DNA from: a virus
Lineage: Duplodnaviria; Caudoviricetes
Strand: one strand, 5' to 3'
Length of the DNA stretch: 64,000 nt
Virus record (IMG/VR): IMGVR_UViG_3300032330_001040
Span: 50,248-114,247 of that record
Shown one piece after another: positions 19,474 through 27,549 of the stretch (position 1 is the first letter of the stretch; each line of letters begins with the position of its first letter). Under the pieces are notes generated by a model. That model had not been told where the DNA came from and did not search any database. It saw nothing but the letters and a program-made list of their open reading frames with translations. The position numbers were made by a program, and so were the translations under genes.

Positions 19474-19932
19474 ACAAGCACACTATCTCTATTCCCACAA
19501 TGGGATAAAATCCACAAATCTTTTGACCCTTTCACCATCGGCTTTGATGAAGTGATTGATAAAATTCAATCTATGCACACCGAAATGGCCAAGGCTACAC
19601 CTGGTTATCCTCCATATAACATCAAACAAGTAAAAGACAACAAGTATGTCATTGAAATGGCAGTTGCTGGTTTTGCTAAATCTGATATTGAAGTTACTTT
19701 GGAAGGTGACAAGTTAGTTATCAAAGGTACTTCAAAAGATAATGAAACAGATGGTTCATATATTTTCAAAGGCATTGCTGGCCGTAATTTTGAACGTACA
19801 TTTACATTGGCTGATAAGATTGAAATTAAAGATGCCGAATTAACAAATGGTATGTTAAAAGTTTGGTTGGAAAACATGGTCAAAGCACAGGATATGGTAA
19901 AGAAAATTGCCGTAAAAACCAAAGATGAATAA
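19471..19932 (+). CDS. hsp20: Small heat-shock protein (Hsp20/IbpA-like)
   Basis: 'YPPYNI', 'IEMAVAGF', 'GIAGRNFERTFTL', 'NGML'. Confidence 0.95.
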   Translation: MTSTLSLFPQWDKIHKSFDPFTIGFDEVIDKIQSMHTEMAKATPGYPPYNIKQVKDNKYVIEMAVAGFAKSDIEVTLEGDKLVIKGTSKDNETDGSYIFKGIAGRNFERTFTLADKIEIKDAELTNGMLKVWLENMVKAQDMVKKIAVKTKDE

Positions 19933-19994
19933 CTGGCAACCAATGACTGAAGATGATGTGGAATGGGTAAATAACCCTTCTCGTAAGTAACCAC

Positions 19995-20030
19995 AAGGGG
20001 CTTGACAAAGCCTTTTTTTTATGTTATAAT
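19995..20030 (+). promoter_or_regulatory. Terminator hairpin interlocked with a sigma70 promoter
   Basis: GGGCTT-GACA-AAGCCT then T-run; TTGACA (20002)-N17-TATAAT (20025). Confidence 0.75.
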
Positions 20031-20058
20031 GGTATTTTATGATGATAAAGGTGAAATT

Positions 20059-20262
20059 ATGAATTTGATGATGGAACGTATTACAGCCAGACGCCGTTTT
20101 AATCCTGAAAATAAAGTTGATATGGATACCGTTAAATCTTTTTTTGAAACATATAAATGGGGTTCAATGGGTTGTCCATTTGTTTTGGAAGTTCCATGGG
20201 AAAATATTCCAGATATGCTTAAAGATAAGATTACAAGAAAACATTTAGGTATAAAAAACTAA
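20059..20262 (+). CDS. Small hypothetical early protein
   Basis: ATG after an AAGGTG SD, downstream of a consensus promoter; the track's TTG start lies in the -35 box. Confidence 0.65.
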   Translation: MNLMMERITARRRFNPENKVDMDTVKSFFETYKWGSMGCPFVLEVPWENIPDMLKDKITRKHLGIKN

Positions 20263-20329
20263 ATAGCTGTGAGTGAGTATTAGTAGGAATATGCCAATTA
20301 TTGGGTCAATTTACTAAAGGAGAGACCTA

Positions 20330-20845
20330 ATGAGATTAAGTATAGTTGGTTGTCCCGATAAAGAGCGTTTTCGACCTTACGTCAAACGAGCTATAGAGTT
20401 TTATGCGCACGAACTATTAAGTTCTAAAATGATGGAAAATATCAACCTTAAAGTTAAGTTTGATAAAAATATTACAGATTGTTATGGATATGCTTCAGTT
20501 GAAGAAAGAACAGATTCGGGTAAAGCAAGAGATTTTCTAATAGAAATCAATCCTGTAATCGGTGGCCGTGCAATATTAAAAGCATTAGCACATGAGATGG
20601 TTCACATTAAGCAATACGCCTATGATGAAACCAATGACAACCTGACCAGATGGAAAGGTATGCCAATGAAATCTAATTTTGATGATTACTGGCGTCAACC
20701 ATGGGAAATAGAAGCCTACGGTATCGAAGCTGGTTTGTTTAGAAAATTTGTTGTTAATGAAAAATTATGGGAAGTATTTGAAGGTATAGACAATCCAGAT
20801 TCACCAATAGAAGAAGTTCCTATTGGTTGGAAACATTACGGGTAA
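20330..20845 (+). CDS. Putative zinc metallopeptidase (HExxH)
   Basis: 'LAHEMVHIKQY' and 'PWEIEAY'. Confidence 0.75.
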   Translation: MRLSIVGCPDKERFRPYVKRAIEFYAHELLSSKMMENINLKVKFDKNITDCYGYASVEERTDSGKARDFLIEINPVIGGRAILKALAHEMVHIKQYAYDETNDNLTRWKGMPMKSNFDDYWRQPWEIEAYGIEAGLFRKFVVNEKLWEVFEGIDNPDSPIEEVPIGWKHYG

Positions 20846-20891
20846 ACACTCCCACAACTGTAGTAAAAAAACAACAGTCTTAAAATAACAC

Positions 20892-20919
20892 TTGACTTAT
20901 CCTATGGTTCATGTATAAT
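20892..20919 (+). promoter_or_regulatory. Sigma70-type promoter for the tRNA cluster
   Basis: TTGACT-N16-TATAAT about 20 nt before tRNA-Glu. Confidence 0.65.
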
Positions 20920-20940
20920 GGTTGTATATTAAGTAGTAAT

Positions 20941-21015
20941 GCTCGGTTCATCTAGCGGTTAGGATATCGCCCTTTCACGGCGGTCACACCAGTTCGAATC
21001 TGGTACCGAGCGCCA
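20941..21015 (+). tRNA. tRNA-Glu(TTC)
   Basis: Cloverleaf GCTCGGT/ACCGAGC, anticodon loop CTTTCAC, TTCGAAT, CCA. Confidence 0.95.
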
Positions 21016-21111
21016 TATTGAAGCACATTATTCAAAACCTGCGAGAAGCGGCGCTTGGTCATCCGGACCCTGACTTGAAAAGTGGAATCTCAATAGTGTG
21101 CTTCAATATGG
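21013..21111 (+). ncRNA. Candidate structured RNA between tRNA-Glu and tRNA-Asp
   Basis: 20-bp terminal helix CCATATTGAAGCACATTATT/AATAGTGTGCTTCAATATGG (one G-U) enclosing small hairpins. Confidence 0.6.
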
Positions 21112-21186
21112 TTTGTTAGATTAGTTGGTTAAATCGCCTCCCTGTCACGGAGGAGACCATGGGTTCGAGTCCCATACAGACCGCCA
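21110..21186 (+). tRNA. tRNA-Asp(GTC)
   Basis: GGTTTGT/ACAGACC, CCTCC-CTGTCAC-GGAGG, TTCGAGT, GCCA. Confidence 0.95.
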
Positions 21187-21254
21187 GGTGTCAAACTCGG
21201 CCTCGGAGTAAATGAGGGGTAGATAACTTTCCAGAAAAGTTATAGTTTAAGCCA
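21187..21254 (+). ncRNA. Candidate small CCA-terminated RNA
   Basis: Starts immediately after tRNA-Asp; AAACT/AGTTT closing helix, two internal hairpins, ends GCCA. Confidence 0.4.
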
Positions 21255-21274
21255 TAGATTAACTAAAAAATCAA

Positions 21275-21354
21275 TTGGCGGCGGTTATGTCCAGACGTAA
21301 CTAACGATGAATTCCAATCGGGGGCTTGATGACACAAGTAGCCCGTCCTAACCA
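21275..21354 (+). ncRNA. Candidate tRNA-like (non-canonical cloverleaf) RNA
   Basis: Terminal stem TTGG-C-GGCGG/CCGTC-CTAA then CCA; three internal hairpins; no TTC T-loop. Confidence 0.45.
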
Positions 21355-21361
21355 GAGCAAT

Positions 21362-21437
21362 GGTGCCGTTAGTGTAACGGTTAGCACCCGAGATTGTGGA
21401 TCTCGTAGTATGGGTTCGAATCCCATACAGCACCCCA
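21362..21437 (+). tRNA. tRNA-His(GTG)
   Basis: G-1:C73, CGAGA-TTGTGGA-TCTCG, TTCGAAT, CCA. Confidence 0.93.
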
Positions 21438-21438
21438 T

Positions 21439-21516
21439 AGTACGGTGGCAGAGTGGTCCAATGCAGCGGCCTGCAAAGCCGTAAAACCGTGAGTTCAAAT
21501 CTCACCCGTACTTCCA
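21439..21516 (+). tRNA. tRNA-Cys(GCA)
   Basis: AGTACGG/CCGTACT, GCGGC-CTGCAAA-GCCGT, U73, CCA. Confidence 0.93.
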
Positions 21517-21544
21517 GTTTGATATATAGAAGAAAGGAGGGCAT

Positions 21545-22108
21545 ATGCCTAGTGTATTTTTAGTAAGCGACACACATTTTGGCCATAATGGTGTATGTCA
21601 CTTCATGCAGAGTGATGGCGTAACAAAGCTTAGACCTTGGGATAATCCTGAAGATATGGATGAAGAAATGGTCAAGCGTTGGAACGATAGAGTAAGACCT
21701 AATGATAAAGTATATCATCTTGGTGATGTTGTAATGAAGCGTAAGAACCTTGAAATTATGTCGAGGCTCAACGGTGATAAAGTATTGATTCGTGGTAACC
21801 ATGATATCTTTAAGGATGAAGATTACAGAAAATATTTCCGTGAGCTTCGTGCTTATCATGTAATGAATGGTATGATTCTTTCTCATATACCATTACATCC
21901 AGAAAGTCTTGGCCGTTTTGGTACAAATATTCACGGTCATACCCATTCTAACCGAGTTATGCTTGACAATCAGATAGATATCCGTTATCATTGTGTATGT
22001 GTAGAACAAACAGATTTTACACCGATTCTTTTTGAGGATGTTATTAAAAAGATTGAAGCAGAAGGTGGTATGATTGGTTTCAAAAATGGTAATGGTTCAG
22101 TAACGTGA
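21545..22108 (+). CDS. Calcineurin-like metallophosphoesterase
   Basis: 'SDTHFGH', 'HLGD', 'RGNHD', 'HGHTH'. Confidence 0.9.
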   Translation: MPSVFLVSDTHFGHNGVCHFMQSDGVTKLRPWDNPEDMDEEMVKRWNDRVRPNDKVYHLGDVVMKRKNLEIMSRLNGDKVLIRGNHDIFKDEDYRKYFRELRAYHVMNGMILSHIPLHPESLGRFGTNIHGHTHSNRVMLDNQIDIRYHCVCVEQTDFTPILFEDVIKKIEAEGGMIGFKNGNGSVT

Positions 22109-22137
22109 TTGACAAGTCAACTATATAATGATATACT
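22109..22137 (+). promoter_or_regulatory. Sigma70-type promoter for the second RNA cluster
   Basis: TTGACA-N17-TATACT with TG extension. Confidence 0.8.
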
Positions 22138-22212
22138 GGACTTACTGTTGGGAAACAGCAAAAACTTCCGACTCTCTTGGAGTCCCTGTAACCGGTAAGC
22201 AGGATTTTTAAT

Positions 22213-22393
22213 TGTGTTGTTTTGGAAAAAACCTGTGACCAGGTTAATGCACTCTCACTTACAGCTCTGTCGGCCGGCATCTGTAACGAGTTGTCAAAGC
22301 GAAAACGGAGAAACATCGGCGGATGTCCGTATAAGTGGTTAACGATAAAAGCAAACGATATCGGGTGAACGATATCCATAACAAAACAATACA
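22213..22393 (+). ncRNA. Candidate ~180-nt multi-stem ncRNA
   Basis: 12-bp closing helix TGTGTTGTTTTG/CAAAACAATACA with internal hairpins; GC-richer than flanks; no plausible ORF. Confidence 0.6.
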
Positions 22394-22404
22394 CTTAAGA
22401 ATAT

Positions 22405-22473
22405 GCGGTGGGTTGGAGAACAGATTGAGATTCCCTCTTAATTATCTTTGTGCAACTCAAAGACACCGCTCCA
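22405..22473 (+). tRNA. Non-canonical tRNA-Gly(TCC)-like RNA
   Basis: GCGGTG/CACCGC acceptor, U73 then CCA, minimal D-arm, extended anticodon stem around TCC, T-loop TGCAACT. Confidence 0.55.
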
Positions 22474-22478
22474 GATTT

Positions 22479-22552
22479 GCGGGAATAGTTTAGTGGTAAA
22501 ACGAAACCTTGCCAAGGTTTAGTTGACAGTTCGATTCTGTCTTTCCGCTCCA
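22479..22552 (+). tRNA. tRNA-Gly(GCC)
   Basis: GCGGGAA/TTTCCGC, AAACC-TTGCCAA-GGTTT, TTCGATT, TCCA. Confidence 0.95.
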
Positions 22553-22575
22553 GATATTTTAACTATGGAGTAATT

Positions 22576-23025
22576 ATGTCTAATACATTAAAAAACCTTG
22601 AGAGTGCATTGGCTGGCGAATCAATGGCTCATATCAAGTATCGTTATTTCGCCAAGATTGCTCGTGAAGAAGGATTTGAAGATGTTGCAAAACATTTTGA
22701 ACACACAGCAGACCAAGAGATTCTACACGCTTGGGGACATCTAGAATTACTTATTGGCAAACCATCTACAAAAGAATGCTTAGAAAAAGCCATTGAAGGT
22801 GAAACATATGAATTCACTACAATGTATCCAAAGTTTGAAACTGAAGCATCTTTAGAACAAAATCCTTTAGCAAAGAATGAATTTTCTGAACAGATTGCTG
22901 AATCTAAAGAACATGCTGAGAAATTCAAACAAGTATTAGTTAAAGCAGAAAAACGTTTCAATGCTTTGAAAAAAGTTGAAAAACGTCATGCTGAAGCCTA
23001 TCAAAAAGTTTTAGGAGGTCTATAA
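22576..23025 (+). CDS. Rubrerythrin (di-iron domain only)
   Basis: 'NLESALAGESMA', 'AREEG', 'QEILHA', 'GETYEFTTMYP', 'ESKEHA'. Confidence 0.9.
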   Translation: MSNTLKNLESALAGESMAHIKYRYFAKIAREEGFEDVAKHFEHTADQEILHAWGHLELLIGKPSTKECLEKAIEGETYEFTTMYPKFETEASLEQNPLAKNEFSEQIAESKEHAEKFKQVLVKAEKRFNALKKVEKRHAEAYQKVLGGL

Positions 23026-23159
23026 TGGAACACGTTTGTATAGTATGTGGCCATGTCCACGATGAAGCAGTAGAAGGTAAATGGGAAGATTTGCCAGCAG
23101 ATTTTGAGTGTCCAGAATGTGGTGTTGGTAAAGAAGATTATGATACTCTATCATTTTAA
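23025..23159 (+). CDS. Rubredoxin (44 aa; not in the ORF track)
   Basis: MEHVCIVCGHVHDEAVEGKWEDLPADFECPECGVGKEDYDTLSF; two CxxC motifs; GGAGG SD. Confidence 0.9.
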   Translation: MEHVCIVCGHVHDEAVEGKWEDLPADFECPECGVGKEDYDTLSF

Positions 23160-23169
23160 TAAATATCTA

Positions 23170-23245
23170 TGCGGTGTAGCTCAGGAGTAGAGCGCTGGAC
23201 TCATAATCCAGAGGTCGTTGGTGCGATTCCAATCATCCGCAACCA
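23170..23245 (+). tRNA. tRNA-Met(CAT)
   Basis: CTGGA-CTCATAA-TCCAG anticodon arm, GCTC/GAGC D-stem, ACCA end; bulged acceptor stem and TGCGATT T-loop. Confidence 0.8.
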
Positions 23246-23260
23246 ATTTCAGGAGATATT

Positions 23261-23398
23261 ATGATACAAGAAGAAAAAGATCCTGTTAAAGAACAGGATC
23301 AAAAACATGAAGATGAAGAATTTGAGTATATCGAAAAGTATAAAAAATATAGAGAGGATCAATTAAAGAATAATCCCTTAATTGACCCCGGTTATTAA
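23261..23398 (+). CDS. Small acidic hypothetical protein (45 aa; not in the ORF track)
   Basis: AGGAG SD; MIQEEKDPVKEQDQKHEDEEFEYIEK... Confidence 0.55.
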   Translation: MIQEEKDPVKEQDQKHEDEEFEYIEKYKKYREDQLKNNPLIDPGY

Positions 23399-25407
23399 AA
23401 CAATACTTTACCTGATACTTGTACCATATTACTTTTAATATCGTCCCATTGTTGCTGACCAGCTCTGATTGAAACATCAGCTTTGTCTTTAACTTTATAA
23501 CTCAAACCACCCAATATCGTTTTATAACTTAAAGTTGTACGACTTGCTTCAGCAATTACACTTAATTTATCTGTAATAGGTTTATCAACATTCACACCAA
23601 TTTCTTCACTAAATTTTGTAGTAGAAGTTGGGTCATAAGTAACTGAAGTCAAAGCTGAACCACCACTAGTTGTACCAGATACTCTATTTTTCTCCCAACG
23701 TACACCAGCAAAAGGCCTTACACCATATACTGATGGTGTATACAATCTGCCTGTAACCCAATTATCTACACCATTTGTTACTGCTGAATTGGACAATCCT
23801 AATTCAGGAATACTATAGTTTGTATCATAACGGTTATGAGCATAACCAACATCATTTTTAATTAACCAATCTTTTACAGTATATAAACTATACACACCAA
23901 CATGGTCTTTAGTTGCACTACCGCCAGCATTAGTACCTGTTAATGTTGAATTAGTCCTATTATATTGTGCACCAACAATCCAGTTGTACTGAATACGTTT
24001 ATCAGCACCAACACCAAATCGATTACCAGTTAAACTGTAACTATCGGCAACACCACCACGATTACCTTCTATTGTTACATAACTTGTAACTTCTTCATCA
24101 CCAGCAAAACGACCATCTTTTACTTTTTGACGGTCTGTTACACGGCTATCTAACCATAAATTATTAGCAAGATTAGAACGCCCAAATTTATTCAATTGGT
24201 CAATACGAGCCAAGTAATCTTTATTAGTTTGTGTTTGGTCAATTTCTAATCCACTAACACTACTTGTTGCAACAGAATTGGTGGTACTTACAGAAACTAC
24301 AGGAGTGCCATTTGTTGTAGTAGATGTATTATCACTATATGTTGTAACAGTTACAGGAGTAGTTGTTGTAGTAGTTGTTATTGGAGTAGTTTTGGTTGTT
24401 GTGATTGTTACAGGAGTCGTATTTGTTACAGTTGTTGTTTGTGTAACACCTAATGTCTTATCTGTTTTAGCGCCACGACTATTTGCTCTATCAACAGTTG
24501 TAGTTGTTATACCGTAAGCAGCTGAAGATGTAACTACTGGAGTTCCATTGACAGAACTTGTGGTTACTGAATCAGTTGTTGTGGTGCTTACTACTGTTGG
24601 AGAACTTGGTGTTGGTGTACTTGGGCCACTTGGCATAGTTGGGTCATTAGAAGCGACAGAATTAAATAATGTTCCATTTTTATTTACTGTACCTAGATTA
24701 TCATTTACAAATAATACAGGACTTAATGATGTATCACCTTGATTGAATATACCAAAACCTACTTTATAATCACCATCTGTGGAAATATTATAGATAATCT
24801 GTTGCCAACCTGTTGAACCATAACTACCTGTAGAATAGTTACCTGTTCCTGGATTTGTTGCACCTAATAAAATATATTGAGCACTTACACCATTGATTGT
24901 ACCAAATGTTGTGGCTGAATTTTTATTAACTAATGTAGCAAGCGAACCGTCATTGAATGGAACATAGTCTGTGCTTGTATATACCCAAGCCATCTTAAAT
25001 GTTGTACCAGCAGTAAATGTAAAATCTTTACTAATCCAAGCCGTACTAGTAATAGACCCACCAATTGAAGCTACTTGACTATTTAATGATGAAATACTTG
25101 AACTACTTAAACCTAGTGCTGTAGTCATACCACTATAATTTATTGAACTAGCTGGTTGCAAACCAACCATATAACTTCCTGTATACGGACTAATAGTCCA
25201 TGTATTAGGACCACAACAAGATATAGTTTGTGTACCATTAACTGTTGCAACTCCGGTACCGGTCGAACCATAATCTCCATTTTTTGTAACTACACTAGGA
25301 CCTCCAACCCAACCATTTAGGTCCCCCGTTCCAAAACTTACATCTGGCGTCTGAGCTAATGCGGACAAGCTTAGAGCCACTAATACTAGTGCTAAAATGC
25401 GTTTCAT
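23395..25407 (-). CDS. Autotransporter-like outer-membrane protein (passenger, Thr-rich stalk, beta-barrel)
   Basis: Signal peptide, P/T/S-rich linker, C-terminal amphipathic beta-strands ending in Phe ('VQVSGKVLF'). Confidence 0.7.
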   Translation of the reverse strand: MKRILALVLVALSLSALAQTPDVSFGTGDLNGWVGGPSVVTKNGDYGSTGTGVATVNGTQTISCCGPNTWTISPYTGSYMVGLQPASSINYSGMTTALGLSSSSISSLNSQVASIGGSITSTAWISKDFTFTAGTTFKMAWVYTSTDYVPFNDGSLATLVNKNSATTFGTINGVSAQYILLGATNPGTGNYSTGSYGSTGWQQIIYNISTDGDYKVGFGIFNQGDTSLSPVLFVNDNLGTVNKNGTLFNSVASNDPTMPSGPSTPTPSSPTVVSTTTTDSVTTSSVNGTPVVTSSAAYGITTTTVDRANSRGAKTDKTLGVTQTTTVTNTTPVTITTTKTTPITTTTTTTPVTVTTYSDNTSTTTNGTPVVSVSTTNSVATSSVSGLEIDQTQTNKDYLARIDQLNKFGRSNLANNLWLDSRVTDRQKVKDGRFAGDEEVTSYVTIEGNRGGVADSYSLTGNRFGVGADKRIQYNWIVGAQYNRTNSTLTGTNAGGSATKDHVGVYSLYTVKDWLIKNDVGYAHNRYDTNYSIPELGLSNSAVTNGVDNWVTGRLYTPSVYGVRPFAGVRWEKNRVSGTTSGGSALTSVTYDPTSTTKFSEEIGVNVDKPITDKLSVIAEASRTTLSYKTILGGLSYKVKDKADVSIRAGQQQWDDIKSNMVQVSGKVLF

Positions 25408-25548
25408 TTTTTATTCCTTTATTTTTAGTAAAGGCGGTTTATTCGACCGCCACCCATAAATCCTTGTATCATTATGTGTGGATAATAATGCTTCATCATT
25501 TCAGACATCAACCATACCTGGTACTCACAATATGGTTCAAAATAATAC

Positions 25549-27549
25549 CTATTTAGAAGTGGCCACATAAGTTCCATTCCAATTTTCTGGCTTGCCTTCT
25601 TCTAACCTCTCCAACATATTTTTATAATATTGCTCGAGTGGATTTTTTTTCTTAATTAATTCTTTAAGTGTTTCTATTGCAGTAAACCAATCACCACTAT
25701 AATAATCTTCTAAGAATTCTTTGTGTTCTTGGGTTTCTTCACCTAAGGTGTAAATTCTAACACCAATCTTTTTACCTTTAACAGCAATACAATCTAATTC
25801 AACAACAGAATATTCATCTTTAACTCTTTCTGCTGTTAATGGTCCTAAAACAATTCTTACACCATATGGTTTACTTTGGCCTTCTAAACGTGATGCAAGA
25901 TTGACTGTATCACCTAAACAAGTATAATCAAATCTTTGGTCAGAACCCATATTACCCACAACAACAGTACCAGTATTGATACCAAGTCCCATACCAAAAG
26001 CAGGTACACCTTCTTTAGTAATAATTTCATTGAACGCATCCAAACTGTCCATCATTTCAAGAGCAGTTTTTACGGCTAGTTTTGCGTGATTGATTTCTTC
26101 TACTGGTGCATTCCAAAATGCCATTTGAGCATCACCAATATATTTGTCTAATGTACCGCTGTTGGTTAAAATCTTTTCGGTCATTGCTGTCATGTACCGA
26201 TTCATAATTTTAGTTAAGCCTTGTACATCATCTCCGTAGTGTTCAGAGATTACTGTGAATCCTCTTACATCAGTAAACATGATGGACAATTCTTTTGATT
26301 CTCCACCCAATACTAATAGTTCAGGATTCTTTTGTAATTTTTCTACTAATGCTTTTGATAGATATGTTCCAAATTGTTTCTTTATCTGAAGTTTGGCCAA
26401 GTACTCAGCCACGAACTTAACTCCATAAGCATGTAACATGATAACGATAAGAGACAAACAGATATAAGTACAATCTCCGAGCCAAAGGTTTTGCTCAAAA
26501 AGAATACGACTAAAGGCATAACTACCAATAACACTAATAACACCAAAGACAATCCCAACATAAGTCCACCTCGTTAAAAATAATAGTAAAATACTTAATA
26601 CGATTAAAGTTAATATTTCTGCACCATCCATCCAATCAGGTCGTTGTATAACAACACCGTTGGCCATCGTGGCAATTACTGCAGCTTGTAAATCTTGAGG
26701 CCATACAGCGCCTTTTGCCGTAGGTACAGGATTACTTATGCCTGCAGCCGATGTGCCTACAATAACAACTGCACCACCAAAATCTTTAGGTAAATCTACC
26801 ATTGATACTGATTTGTTTTGTTGTGACCAATCAATCCAAATTCGTCCTAGATTATCGGTCACAATTGGACCAAATTTAGGAATACGCATCTTCTCTACAC
26901 CATTCTCATTTACTTTGATTTGTGTAGTTGTATCACCAGCCATCACACGGAGAGTTTCCATAGAAAGACTAGGATAAAAACGGTCATTTGATTTAATAAC
27001 TAATGGTATTCTACGATTTACTCCATCAATTTCTGGTAATGTATTTGTTGTACCTACACCAACGGCATTTTTTTCTAATTTTGTAATGTTTGCAATAATG
27101 CCAGGATATTCAATGAGTGGTGCATTACTTGGACCTATAATAGCAATACCAGGACTCTTAGGTTCATTTTTTGATTTGTTTGAAGGAGTATTACTGAGTA
27201 TTACCGGATATTTGAGTAATGTACTAGCCAGCCTATCGTCTTGGCCACTTCGGTCAACATCAGGCATAAGAACATTAAAAACAACAAGACCAGCATTCCT
27301 TCCATAAAGACTTTCGATAATCTTAGCATATTCACTCCTTGGAAATGGCCATTGGCCAAATTTTGTTAAAGTTTCTTCATCTATATTAACTGTATAGATG
27401 TTATTTTCAGTTATTGGTTTTGATGTAATAACAGTATCAAAATATCTTAATCTCACCGATTCTACGAAACTTGGATCCATAACACGAATCGATACCAATA
27501 AACAAAGTGTCAATAAAGCAGTCCAAGGAGATAGTAATATTTTTTTCAT
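25549..27549 (-). CDS. CHASE2-domain class III adenylate cyclase
   Basis: CHASE2 motifs 'VNIDEETL..FGQWPFPR', 'DGVNRRIPL'; TM helices; cyclase motifs 'FTDVRGFT', 'DKYIGDA.MAFW', 'YTCLGDTVNLASRLEG'. Confidence 0.93.
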   Translation of the reverse strand: MKKILLSPWTALLTLCLLVSIRVMDPSFVESVRLRYFDTVITSKPITENNIYTVNIDEETLTKFGQWPFPRSEYAKIIESLYGRNAGLVVFNVLMPDVDRSGQDDRLASTLLKYPVILSNTPSNKSKNEPKSPGIAIIGPSNAPLIEYPGIIANITKLEKNAVGVGTTNTLPEIDGVNRRIPLVIKSNDRFYPSLSMETLRVMAGDTTTQIKVNENGVEKMRIPKFGPIVTDNLGRIWIDWSQQNKSVSMVDLPKDFGGAVVIVGTSAAGISNPVPTAKGAVWPQDLQAAVIATMANGVVIQRPDWMDGAEILTLIVLSILLLFLTRWTYVGIVFGVISVIGSYAFSRILFEQNLWLGDCTYICLSLIVIMLHAYGVKFVAEYLAKLQIKKQFGTYLSKALVEKLQKNPELLVLGGESKELSIMFTDVRGFTVISEHYGDDVQGLTKIMNRYMTAMTEKILTNSGTLDKYIGDAQMAFWNAPVEEINHAKLAVKTALEMMDSLDAFNEIITKEGVPAFGMGLGINTGTVVVGNMGSDQRFDYTCLGDTVNLASRLEGQSKPYGVRIVLGPLTAERVKDEYSVVELDCIAVKGKKIGVRIYTLGEETQEHKEFLEDYYSGDWFTAIETLKELIKKKNPLEQYYKNMLERLEEGKPENWNGTYVATSK

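Noticed and set aside
21016-21254. HDV-like (theta) or hammerhead ribozymes after the tRNAs
   Set aside because: I could not build P1/P1.1/P3 pairings or a CUGANGA...GAAA core
21263-21544. Minus-strand ORFs of 93 and 65 aa, and the 104-aa ORF at 22080-22394
   Set aside because: They are shadows of tRNA and structured-RNA sequence
22340-22370. ATAAAA-GCA-AAC-GAT resembles a tmRNA resume codon and tag start (AND...)
   Set aside because: The frame stops after five codons (ANDIG), lacks the hydrophobic tag end, and no tmRNA tRNA-like ends are visible
24278-24742. Val-rich plus-strand ORFs and apparent repeats
   Set aside because: Antisense reading of the Thr-rich stalk of the autotransporter; low complexity, not a repeat array
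25513-25530. CRP site upstream of the autotransporter gene
   Set aside because: Only one TGTGA/TCACA half-site is present
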